From NCBI GenBank assembly GCA_034430555.1, contig DAOUEM010000495.1, positions 12,148-76,147 of the forward strand: a stretch of DNA of 64,000 nt. The letters are read 5' to 3'. Below the pieces are notes generated by a model. It was given only the letters and a program-made list of their open reading frames with translations, had not been told where the DNA came from and made no database searches. Shown here one piece after another: positions 29,931-38,357 of this stretch. The DNA is from Anaerolineae bacterium. Its GTDB lineage: Bacteria > Chloroflexota > Anaerolineae > Aggregatilineales > Ch27. Each line of letters starts with the position of its first letter. Positions within the stretch are counted from its first letter, which is position 1. Both the position numbers and the translations under genes were made by a program.

Positions 29931-30830
29931 ATGGAACCCAACAACCCGGTTCTCAAGAAGCTCGGTTTTGCCGCCGATGACCGCGTGGTCATCATCCACG
30001 CCGACGACATCGGCATGTATCCCCAGACGGTGGGCGCCTGCGCCGACCTGCTCGACTTTGGCCTGGTCACCGCGGCCTCGGTGATGGTGCCCTGCCCGGC
30101 TTACCCGGCGGCGGCGGACTTCTGCCGCACTCATCCGGGGGTCGATGTCGGCGTGCACCTGACCGTCACCGCCGGCGACGGCGAGCCGACGCGCGGCCCG
30201 GTAGCGGACCCGCCTCCCGGCTCCGGCCTGGTGACGGACGCCGGGCACTTCCACATCAGCAACGAGGCCGTGTGGGAAAAGGCCGACCCGGCAGCAGTCG
30301 GGGCGGAGATCAACGCGCAGATCGACCGGGCGCTGGCCGACGGCATCGACGTGACCCACGTCGATACGCACACCGGCACGGTGCTCGACGCGGGGCTGAT
30401 CGCCCATTACGTGATGGCCGCGCTGACCCACCGCGTCCCGCCGATGGTGGTCCGCTACGACGAGGCGCGCTTCCGGCAGGAATTCGGCGCGGACGAGGTG
30501 ACGGCAAAGGCGGCGGTCGCCAGCATCCGCCAGTTGGAAGAAGCGGGCGTGCCGCTGGTCGATCACGTGGGCATGTACCCGCTGTACGAGGAGCCGGACG
30601 ACCCGGTCGCCGCTGCCAAAGCTGCGTTGGCCGCGCTGCCGCCCGGCCTGACGTTTTACATCATCCACCCGGTGAAGACTACGGCCGGCGATCCGCTGCT
30701 TCAGACGACTCAGCCGGCGCGCCTGGCGAATTACACGGCCTTCATGAGCGACGACCTGAAGGCGTTTATCGCCGCCGAGGGTTTCCAGTTGATCGGCTAC
30801 CGGCCGCTGCGCGACCTGATGCGCGGGTGA
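29931..30830 (+). CDS. chbG: ChbG/YdjC-family carbohydrate deacetylase
   Basis: Start at ATG 29931 (MEPNNPV). IIHADDIGM metal-binding motif and DVGVHLT block. Confidence 0.8.
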   Translation: MEPNNPVLKKLGFAADDRVVIIHADDIGMYPQTVGACADLLDFGLVTAASVMVPCPAYPAAADFCRTHPGVDVGVHLTVTAGDGEPTRGPVADPPPGSGLVTDAGHFHISNEAVWEKADPAAVGAEINAQIDRALADGIDVTHVDTHTGTVLDAGLIAHYVMAALTHRVPPMVVRYDEARFRQEFGADEVTAKAAVASIRQLEEAGVPLVDHVGMYPLYEEPDDPVAAAKAALAALPPGLTFYIIHPVKTTAGDPLLQTTQPARLANYTAFMSDDLKAFIAAEGFQLIGYRPLRDLMRG

Positions 30831-30866
30831 CCGGGCTTCACGCCGATAAGAACCAGAGGGAGACGT

Positions 30867-31640
30867 ATGCAGGACTTTATCGAGCTGGCAGAACGGCTGG
30901 CCGATGCCAGCGCGGCCGTCATCAAAAGCTACCACCGCCGGCAGATGTCGGTAGAAGATAAGGCCGATGGCTCGCCGGTGACCATCGCCGACCGGGAAGC
31001 CGAAACCGCCATGCGCGCCCTGATCCGGGAGACCTTCCCCGCGCACGGCATCATCGGCGAAGAGTTTGAGAATCACCAGCCGGACGCGCCCTACCAGTGG
31101 ACGCTGGACCCCATCGACGGCACCAAAAACTTCGTGGCGGGCAGCTTTTTGTTCGGCACGCTGATCGGCCTGCTGAAAGATAACATCCCGGTGATGGGCC
31201 TGCTCAATCACCCCGTAACCGGGCACCGGCTGGTCGGCGCGGCGGGCGAGACCCGGCTCAACGGCGAAGTGGTCCGGGTGCGGCCCTGCGCCAGCATCGA
31301 GGACGCGCTGCTGCTGACCTCCACCCATACCAGCGTGGAACGCTTCCAGGACGCCGCCCCCTTCGAAGCGCTGATCCGGCGGGCCAGGGTGTATCGCACC
31401 TGGGGCGACGCGCACGGCTACTTCCTGCTGGCCACCGGTTTCGCCGACATCATACTCGACCCGGCCATGAAACTGTGGGATGTCGCGCCGCTGGTGCCCA
31501 TCGTGGAAGGCGCGGGCGGCACGATCACCACCTGGCAGGGCGGCCCCATCTTCGACGGCACGCTGCCGGCGCAAACGAGCTGCATCGCCACGGCTGGTCC
31601 GCTGCACGAAACCGTGGTCACCGCCCTCAATCCAACCTGA
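30867..31640 (+). CDS. Inositol-monophosphatase family phosphatase (HisN/IMPase-like)
   Basis: Motifs EE(F), DPIDGT and WDVAP. AGAGGGAG ribosome-binding site. Confidence 0.85.
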   Translation: MQDFIELAERLADASAAVIKSYHRRQMSVEDKADGSPVTIADREAETAMRALIRETFPAHGIIGEEFENHQPDAPYQWTLDPIDGTKNFVAGSFLFGTLIGLLKDNIPVMGLLNHPVTGHRLVGAAGETRLNGEVVRVRPCASIEDALLLTSTHTSVERFQDAAPFEALIRRARVYRTWGDAHGYFLLATGFADIILDPAMKLWDVAPLVPIVEGAGGTITTWQGGPIFDGTLPAQTSCIATAGPLHETVVTALNPT

Positions 31641-31665
31641 ACCACCGCCCCGAAAGGACATCCCT

Positions 31666-32772
31666 ATGCCGGGAAAAACCGACGACCAGCGGCGCGAAGA
31701 AGCCATTCGTAACGCCTGCACCCGCTTCCTGATGGGCCATGGCCGGGTACGCCCCCACGACGTGCTGGCCGACCTGAGCGCCTTCACCGACCCCGAGGCG
31801 CAGCTGGATTACTACGGCGCCGGCGACCTGATCGCCGGATTCGAGGCAGAGGTGGCGGACCTGCTCGGCAAACCGGCGGCGGTGTTCATGCCCTCCGGTA
31901 CGATGGCCCAGCAGATCGCGCTGCGCATCTGGGCGGACCGCTCCGGCAACCGCGCCGTGGCCTTCCACCCGACCTGCCACCTGGAACTGCACGAACAGCA
32001 GGCCTACCGGTTGCTGCACGATCTGCACGGCGTGCTGGTCGGCGACCGCTTCCGCCTGATGACGCTGGGCGACTTGCAGGCCATCCAGGAGCCGGTGGGG
32101 GCGCTGCTGATCGAGCTGCCGCAGCGGCACATCGGCGGGGCGCTGCCCACCTGGGACGAGCTGACCGCCATCGTGGGGTGGGCGCGCGAACGGGGCATCA
32201 TCCTGCACATGGACGGGGCGCGCCTGTGGGAGTGCCAGCCCTATTACGGGCGCGACCTGGCCGCCATCGCCGAGTTGTTCGACACGGTGTACGTCTCCTG
32301 CTACAAGACGCTGGGCGGCATCACCGGCGCAGTGCTGGCCGGGCCGGAAGACGTGATCGCGGAGGCGCGCGTCTGGCAGCGGCGGCATGGCGGCAACCTG
32401 ATCCACCTGTATCCCTACGTGCTCTCCGCCCAAAAGGGATTGCAGGAGCGGCTGCCGCTTATGACCGCTTACCACGAGAAGGCGGTCGCCATCGCGGCGG
32501 CGCTGGAAGCCCTGCCGGGAGTCGCGGTCACGCCCCACCCGCCCCAGACGCACATGATGCACATCTACCTCCAGGCAAAGCAGGAGCGGCTGCGCGAGTC
32601 GGCGCTGGCGCTGGCCGAGGAAACCGGCATCTGGTTCCTGCGGGAGCCGTCCCTGGCGCAGGTGCCCGGCACTTGCTGGTTCGAGTTGAGCGTGGGCGAC
32701 GCCACGCTGGAAATCCCCACCGAGGAGATCGCGGACCTGATCGCAGCCTGGGTCACCCGCAGCCGCGCCTGA
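31666..32772 (+). CDS. PLP-dependent threonine-aldolase/beta-eliminating-lyase family protein
   Basis: Start at ATG 31666 after AAAGGA. Lys context VYVSCYKTLGG. PSGTMAQQIAL block. Confidence 0.75.
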   Translation: MPGKTDDQRREEAIRNACTRFLMGHGRVRPHDVLADLSAFTDPEAQLDYYGAGDLIAGFEAEVADLLGKPAAVFMPSGTMAQQIALRIWADRSGNRAVAFHPTCHLELHEQQAYRLLHDLHGVLVGDRFRLMTLGDLQAIQEPVGALLIELPQRHIGGALPTWDELTAIVGWARERGIILHMDGARLWECQPYYGRDLAAIAELFDTVYVSCYKTLGGITGAVLAGPEDVIAEARVWQRRHGGNLIHLYPYVLSAQKGLQERLPLMTAYHEKAVAIAAALEALPGVAVTPHPPQTHMMHIYLQAKQERLRESALALAEETGIWFLREPSLAQVPGTCWFELSVGDATLEIPTEEIADLIAAWVTRSRA

Positions 32773-32832
32773 CAACCCGCAGCCGCGCCTGAGCCATCGC
32801 AGCCGCGCCTGAGCCATCGCAGCCGCGCCTGA
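32761..32832. repeat. Four perfect copies of AGCCGCGCCTGA at exact 20-bp spacing, with 8-bp variable spacers
   Basis: Cores at 32761-32772 (the last three codons plus stop of the upstream gene), 32781-32792, 32801-32812 and 32821-32832. Spacers are caacccgc, gccatcgc, gccatcgc. Confidence 0.95.
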
Positions 32833-32874
32833 CACTCACAGGCGTTCCTGACCCGCCATAAACTGGAGCCTGCC

Positions 32875-34098
32875 ATGACCGACAACCGCCGCAATATCAT
32901 GATCCTGTTTTTCACGCTGGTCGTGGTGATGATGGGTTTCGGGATGGCGATACCCATCCTGCCCTTTTACATCGAAGCCTTCGGCGGCAGCGGCAGCGAT
33001 ATGGGTTTCCTGATGGCGATCTACGCCATCATGCAGTTCCTTTTTGCGCCAGTATGGGGCCAGCTCTCCGACCGCTACGGACGCAAACCGATCATCCTGA
33101 TCGGCGTGCTGGGCAACGCCATCGCTCAACTGCTGTTCGGGCTGTCCTCGGCGCTGTGGATGTTGTTCGTGGCGCGGGCGCTGGCCGGGGTCCTGTCCTC
33201 GGCGACGCTGCCCACGGCCATGGCCTACATCGGCGACAGCACCTCGGAGGAGGACCGGGGCGGGGGCATGGGCATCATGGGCGCGGCGATGGGCGTCGGC
33301 ATGGTGCTGGGGCCGGGATTGGGCGGCCTGCTGGCGAAGGAAGCGCTCTCACTGCCCTTCTTCCTGGCGGCGGCGCTCTCCGCAGGCGCTTTCCTGCTGA
33401 TCCTGGCCGTGCTGCCGGAATCGCTGCCGGCGAACCAGCGGGCTGCCGGCGAGGGCGGGTTACGCAGCGTGCAGGTCGGCGAAATGGGGCGAGCACTGTT
33501 CAGCCCGATCGGTTTCCTGCTGCTGATGGCCTTCCTGCTGAGTTTTGGCCTGACCAATTTCGAGACGATCTTCAGCTTTTACAGCAAGGACCGCTACGGC
33601 TACGGCCCGGCAGACGTGGGCGTGATCCTGATGGTGATCGGCGTGATCTCGGCAGTGGTGCAGGGCGGGCTGACCGGACCGCTCAGCCGCCGCTGGGGCG
33701 AGGCCAACCTGCTGCGCGGCGCGCTGCTGATCAGCGGGATCGGCTTCCTGCTGATGCTGCTGGCGGAAAACCTGGCCGGGGTGCTGGTCACGGTGAGCAT
33801 CTTCATCGTGGGCAATGCCCTGCTGCGCCCGGCCACGGCCTCACTGATCTCGCGGCGCACGGTGCACGGCCAGGGCGTGGCCATGGGTTTGAACAACGCC
33901 TTCATGAGCCTGGGCCGCATCGCCGGGCCGCTGTGGGCCGGGGCCATCTATGACGTGCAGATCAGCTATCCCTATATCAGCGGCGCGATCGTGATGCTGA
34001 TCGGCTTCGGCCTGAGCATGGCCTGGCTGTCACGCGCCCCGGTCGAGGCGTCGATTGACGCGCCCGCCTCCGCACCGGAGCCGGGCGTGGGCCACTGA
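32875..34098 (+). CDS. MFS transporter (drug/H+ antiporter-like)
   Basis: 407 aa, about 12 hydrophobic segments. MFS motif A GQLSDRYGRKP. Confidence 0.9.
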   Translation: MTDNRRNIMILFFTLVVVMMGFGMAIPILPFYIEAFGGSGSDMGFLMAIYAIMQFLFAPVWGQLSDRYGRKPIILIGVLGNAIAQLLFGLSSALWMLFVARALAGVLSSATLPTAMAYIGDSTSEEDRGGGMGIMGAAMGVGMVLGPGLGGLLAKEALSLPFFLAAALSAGAFLLILAVLPESLPANQRAAGEGGLRSVQVGEMGRALFSPIGFLLLMAFLLSFGLTNFETIFSFYSKDRYGYGPADVGVILMVIGVISAVVQGGLTGPLSRRWGEANLLRGALLISGIGFLLMLLAENLAGVLVTVSIFIVGNALLRPATASLISRRTVHGQGVAMGLNNAFMSLGRIAGPLWAGAIYDVQISYPYISGAIVMLIGFGLSMAWLSRAPVEASIDAPASAPEPGVGH

Positions 34099-34238
34099 AT
34101 CGCCGGGCACTCCCTCTAACCCGGCCTCCGGCCACGGGACCCTGCCGCGACCGGCCACGGCCCAGGCGGGCGCTTTTATGTTAAAATGAGCGCCAGGGGG
34201 CAGCACGCTAAACGTCCATTTTTTCGAGGGAAACGCCG

Positions 34239-36494
34239 ATGGCCCGGCAAAACCTCAGTGGCAGCCAGATCGGACAGTACCAACTGCTGGAGCAGATCGG
34301 CAGCGGCGGCATGGCGACCGTCTACCGCGCCCAACAGGTCAACATCGACCGCCAGGTGGCCGTCAAGATCATGCTGCCGGACCTGGCCCGCAACCCGGAC
34401 TTCGTGCGCCGCTTCCAGCGCGAAGCCAACACCATCGCCCAGCTAGAGCATCCCCACATCCTGCCGGTGTATGATTACGGCTTTGACGAAAACCAGCAGC
34501 TGGTTTACCTGGTCGCTCGCCTGATGAGCGGCGGCTCGCTGGAGGAATGGCTGGCCGACCGGGGCGCGCTGCGCCTGGAGGAAGTCGGGCGCGTGCTGCG
34601 CCAGCTGGGCGACGCGCTGCATTACGCGCACGAGCGCGGCGTCTATCACCGCGACCTCAAACCCGGCAACGTGCTGCTGGACGAGTTCGGCAACGTCTAC
34701 CTCACCGATTTTGGCATCGCCAAGCTGATGAACGTGACCGCCATCACCCACACCGGCACGGTGCTCGGCACGCCGGCCTACATGGCCCCGGAACAGTGGC
34801 GCGGCGGCGACATCGATCACCGGGTGGACGTGTACGCGCTGGGAGTCCTGCTCTACCAGATGCTGACGGGTGAACTGCCCTTCGACGCGCCCACGCCCCC
34901 GCAGATGATGTACCTGCACCTGGAGCAGCAGCCGCCGGTCCTGGCGGACAAAGTCACCGGGCTGCCGCGCAGCGTGGAAAACGTGGTACACCGGGCGCTG
35001 GCCAAAAACCCTGAGCAGCGTTTCTCCAGCACCGCCCAGATGGCTAACGCTTTTGAGCAGGTCGCGTTCGGGGATACCCAGATCCTGCCGGGCGGCTCCA
35101 CGCCCCTGCCGCAGGAAGTCGTGCTCCCGCCGAAACAGACGATACCCGCCAGCCCGCCGCTGCCCCCGTACGATACGCCGTACGAGAAATCCGCCCCCGT
35201 GACGGTGCCCGGCCAGACTCCGCCGCCTTACGCCGCGCCGCCTTACGCCGCGGATACGGGCCGGGGTCGCCGGGGACAGAGACGCCGCGAGAAGCGGGTC
35301 CCTCAGGAAAATCAGGGCCACGGTCAGAACCGGGGCTGTTACCTGGCCCTGGGCGGCGGGCGCTTCCGCTTTGTGCTGGCGCTGACCGTCGGCATGTTGG
35401 CCGTGGCCTGCGCGGCGGTGCTGGTGGTGCAGTCGAACCTGGTGGGACGGTCAACACCACCGCAGGCGGTGGGCAGCGCGCCGACCCAAGCGTTCACAGC
35501 AGCGGCTGCGTGGCCTACGGCGACAGTGTTCTTTGTAACGCCGACCCCGCTGGCATCCAGCGGCGGCGGAGGCCCATCAGAAGCCGTCAGACAGACCGCC
35601 ACGGCGCTGGCCGTCGCCCTGGCAGCGACCGACACGCCGCGGCCATCCGCAACCGTGCTTCCGTCAACCAGCACCCCGCTGCCCACCATCACCCTGCGCC
35701 CGACCGACACACGCGTCCCGACAATCGCCCCGTCTCTCACGCCGGTCGTGCTGCCGACGTCCGTCCCGCCGCCCGTGCCGGGCCTGGTGCCGATCACCAG
35801 CAACGAGGCCTGGTCGCCGGTGATCCGGTCCTTTACCGACCTGCAGCTGGTGCTGGTGCCGGTGGGCTGCTTCACCATGGGCTTCGACCTGGGCCAGGAC
35901 AACGAGCGCCCGGCGCACTCACAGTGCTTCAGCGCACCGTTCTGGATCGGCCGCTTCGAGGTGACCAACGCGTTGTACGGCTCGGCGGGGCACTTTACCG
36001 GCGACAACCGCCCCCGCGACAGCGTATCCTGGGTTGACGCGCGGGCCTTCTGTGAGAGTCGGGGGATGCGCCTGCCCACCGAGGCCGAGTGGGAATACGC
36101 CGCCCGCGGCCCCAGCAGCTGGATCTATCCGTGGGGCGATGACTTCGATAGCGACCGGCTGGTCTGGATCGGCAATTCGGGCGATGGGACCATCGGGGGC
36201 AGCGCCACCGCCGACGTGGGCAGCCGGCCAAGTGGAGCCTCCTGGGTCGGCGCCTACGATATGAGCGGCAACCTGATGGAGTGGGTGAGCAGTCTGCTTT
36301 ACCCCTATCCGTTTGACTGGACCGACGGGCGTGAGAATACCAGCAGCAGCGATAACCGGGGGGTGCGCGGCGGGGCCTGGGCCTTCGACCAGCACCTGGC
36401 CGCGGCGACTTATCGGGAAGCGAAGCCGCCGGCCGAAGGGCTGCCCGCCCTCGGCTTCCGCTGCGCCCGTAATTTCAGCCCCACCGATTTTTAA
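34239..36494 (+). CDS. Membrane Ser/Thr protein kinase with extracytoplasmic FGE/SUMF1-like domain
   Basis: Kinase motifs GSGGMATVY, VAVK, HRDLKPGNVLL, DFGIAK and APE. A Pro-rich linker and one TM (FVLALTVGMLAVACAAVLVV). The C-terminal FGE-sulfatase-like domain carries WEYAARG and RGGAW blocks. Confidence 0.9.
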   Translation: MARQNLSGSQIGQYQLLEQIGSGGMATVYRAQQVNIDRQVAVKIMLPDLARNPDFVRRFQREANTIAQLEHPHILPVYDYGFDENQQLVYLVARLMSGGSLEEWLADRGALRLEEVGRVLRQLGDALHYAHERGVYHRDLKPGNVLLDEFGNVYLTDFGIAKLMNVTAITHTGTVLGTPAYMAPEQWRGGDIDHRVDVYALGVLLYQMLTGELPFDAPTPPQMMYLHLEQQPPVLADKVTGLPRSVENVVHRALAKNPEQRFSSTAQMANAFEQVAFGDTQILPGGSTPLPQEVVLPPKQTIPASPPLPPYDTPYEKSAPVTVPGQTPPPYAAPPYAADTGRGRRGQRRREKRVPQENQGHGQNRGCYLALGGGRFRFVLALTVGMLAVACAAVLVVQSNLVGRSTPPQAVGSAPTQAFTAAAAWPTATVFFVTPTPLASSGGGGPSEAVRQTATALAVALAATDTPRPSATVLPSTSTPLPTITLRPTDTRVPTIAPSLTPVVLPTSVPPPVPGLVPITSNEAWSPVIRSFTDLQLVLVPVGCFTMGFDLGQDNERPAHSQCFSAPFWIGRFEVTNALYGSAGHFTGDNRPRDSVSWVDARAFCESRGMRLPTEAEWEYAARGPSSWIYPWGDDFDSDRLVWIGNSGDGTIGGSATADVGSRPSGASWVGAYDMSGNLMEWVSSLLYPYPFDWTDGRENTSSSDNRGVRGGAWAFDQHLAAATYREAKPPAEGLPALGFRCARNFSPTDF

Positions 36495-36650
36495 CCGGCG
36501 CCGCACCGCACACCAGTGATGTTCTCTTGGCCCCGGCATGACATAACGCCGTAGGACCGCCCGCCCGGTCGGGTTACACTGGAGGCATCGGGGGGCAGGC
36601 CTGCGCCATGACGAACGGCCCGGCGCACCATGAGTCACGTGGGGAAAGTT

Positions 36651-38357
36651 ATGCCAACGATACGTCATATCCTGAACAAACCGGTTTTCCTGGTGGGGCT
36701 GGCCCTGAGCCTGGTGTTGATCGCCGGCCTGGCGATCGCGTCCACCATCCGGGCCGGCACGACCACTATCCAGGGCCGCGTGGTGGCGGCCGATGGCCCG
36801 GCGGCGGGGGCCGTGGTGCGTGTAGCGACCTCCGATTATTACACCGTGGCCGATGCCGAGGGACGCTTCTCGATCGGCGTGATCGAGCCGCTGCTGCAGC
36901 CGGATGCCCTGCTCGACGTCACGGCCTGGATACCCGGCCACCTGATCGGCTGGGCGGAGGCCGCGCCCGGCGAGACGGATGTCGTCATCGAGCTGACAGC
37001 GCACCTCACCGGCGATAACCCCGACTACGACTGGTTCTCGCATGAGGGCGACCCTGGCTCGTTGAGTTGTTCGCACTGCATGCCCTGCTACGACGAGTGG
37101 CAGGCCGATGCCCATGCTATCGGGGCTACCAACCCGCGTTTCCTCAGCCTGTATAACGGCACCGACCTGGCCGGCACGCCCGGCGCTCCGACGACCTATG
37201 CGTACGACCCGGCGCTGGGCCTGGAGATTCCGACCGCACCCTCGCAGGGGCAGGACGAGGTGGGGCCGGGCTTCCGGCTGGACTACCCGGAACTGGGCGG
37301 AAACTGCGCCACCTGTCACGTGCCGGGCGCGGCAGCCCGCCCCGGCGGCGCGTACCACGTCGCTATCAATACCGTCGAAGGCATCGACCAGGAGGGCGTG
37401 TTCTGCGAGTTCTGCCACAAGGTCGGGGACGTGTACCTGCAGCCGTCAACCGGCCTGCCCGATCCCAGCCTGCCCGGCGTGCTCTCCATGCGCCTCTACC
37501 GGCCGGAAGAGGGGGAGCAGGTCTTTTTCGCCAACCTGGACGATGTCCCGCAAGGGCGACGCGTGACCTACCTGCCGCTCTTCCAGGAGAGCCGGTTTTG
37601 CGCGCCTTGCCATTTCGGGGCGTTCTGGGGCACGGTGGCCTATAACTCCTTCGGTGAATGGCTGGAAAGCCCCTACAGCGATCCGGAGACCGGCCAGACG
37701 TGCCAAAACTGCCACATGCCCACCGTCGACTACGAATATTTCGTCTTCCCGGAGATGGGTGGCAATGCCCGCAATCCGGCGCGGATGGTCAGCCACCGGA
37801 TGCTGGGCGCGGCGGATGCCGAATTCCTGGCGACGACCGTCGTCCTCACGGTGGATGCTGTCCAAGCCGAGGGGCAGTTGCAAGTCACGGTGCGGGTGAC
37901 CAACAGCGGGGCCGGCCACCACGTCCCGACGGACAACCCGCTGCGTAATATGATCCTGCTGGTCTCGGCTGCCGACGCGGATGGCCAGCCGCTGCCCCTG
38001 GTCGACGGGCCGACGATCCCGGCCTGGGGCGGCGTGGGCGACCCCGCCGAGGGTTATTACGCCGGGCTGCCGGGCGTGCTTTACGCCAAGGTGATGGCCG
38101 ACTTTTTCACCGGCGAGACGCCGAGCTATACCTATTGGCGGCTGTCGGAGATCGTCAGCGACAACCGCCTGCCGGCCCTGGCCACCGACGAGACGGTCTA
38201 CACCTTTGCCCTGCCAGAAGACGGCGCGACAAATGTCGGCCCCTTCACCGTGGAAGCGGAACTGCTGCTGCGGCGGGCTTTCATCGAATTGATGGCGCTC
38301 AAGGGCTGGGACATGCCGGATATGCGGATGGCGCGTGAAACGGTGGTGGTGCCATGA
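36651..38357 (+). CDS. Exported/anchored multihaem c-type cytochrome with N-terminal carboxypeptidase-regulatory-like beta-sandwich
   Basis: Four CxxCH motifs (CATCH, CEFCH, CAPCH, CQNCH). N-terminal TM. GRVVAADGPAAGAVVRV...AEGRFSI module. ATG 36651 follows GGGGAAAG. ATG 36630 is an alternative start. Confidence 0.8.
   Translation: MPTIRHILNKPVFLVGLALSLVLIAGLAIASTIRAGTTTIQGRVVAADGPAAGAVVRVATSDYYTVADAEGRFSIGVIEPLLQPDALLDVTAWIPGHLIGWAEAAPGETDVVIELTAHLTGDNPDYDWFSHEGDPGSLSCSHCMPCYDEWQADAHAIGATNPRFLSLYNGTDLAGTPGAPTTYAYDPALGLEIPTAPSQGQDEVGPGFRLDYPELGGNCATCHVPGAAARPGGAYHVAINTVEGIDQEGVFCEFCHKVGDVYLQPSTGLPDPSLPGVLSMRLYRPEEGEQVFFANLDDVPQGRRVTYLPLFQESRFCAPCHFGAFWGTVAYNSFGEWLESPYSDPETGQTCQNCHMPTVDYEYFVFPEMGGNARNPARMVSHRMLGAADAEFLATTVVLTVDAVQAEGQLQVTVRVTNSGAGHHVPTDNPLRNMILLVSAADADGQPLPLVDGPTIPAWGGVGDPAEGYYAGLPGVLYAKVMADFFTGETPSYTYWRLSEIVSDNRLPALATDETVYTFALPEDGATNVGPFTVEAELLLRRAFIELMALKGWDMPDMRMARETVVVP

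Noticed and set aside
32761-32832. CRISPR-like regular repeat-spacer pattern.
   Set aside because: A 12-bp repeat with 8-bp spacers is far too short for CRISPR. Two spacers are identical, and no cas genes or leader are present. It is better explained as a tandem duplication or a phased binding-site array.
34239-36494. The FGE-like domain of the kinase as the maturase for the Cys-type sulfatase at 55264-56730.
   Set aside because: The region equivalent to the FGE catalytic CHxSYC segment contains no cysteine (RGGAWAFDQHLAAATYRE). The domain is also predicted outside the membrane, whereas the sulfatase has no signal peptide.
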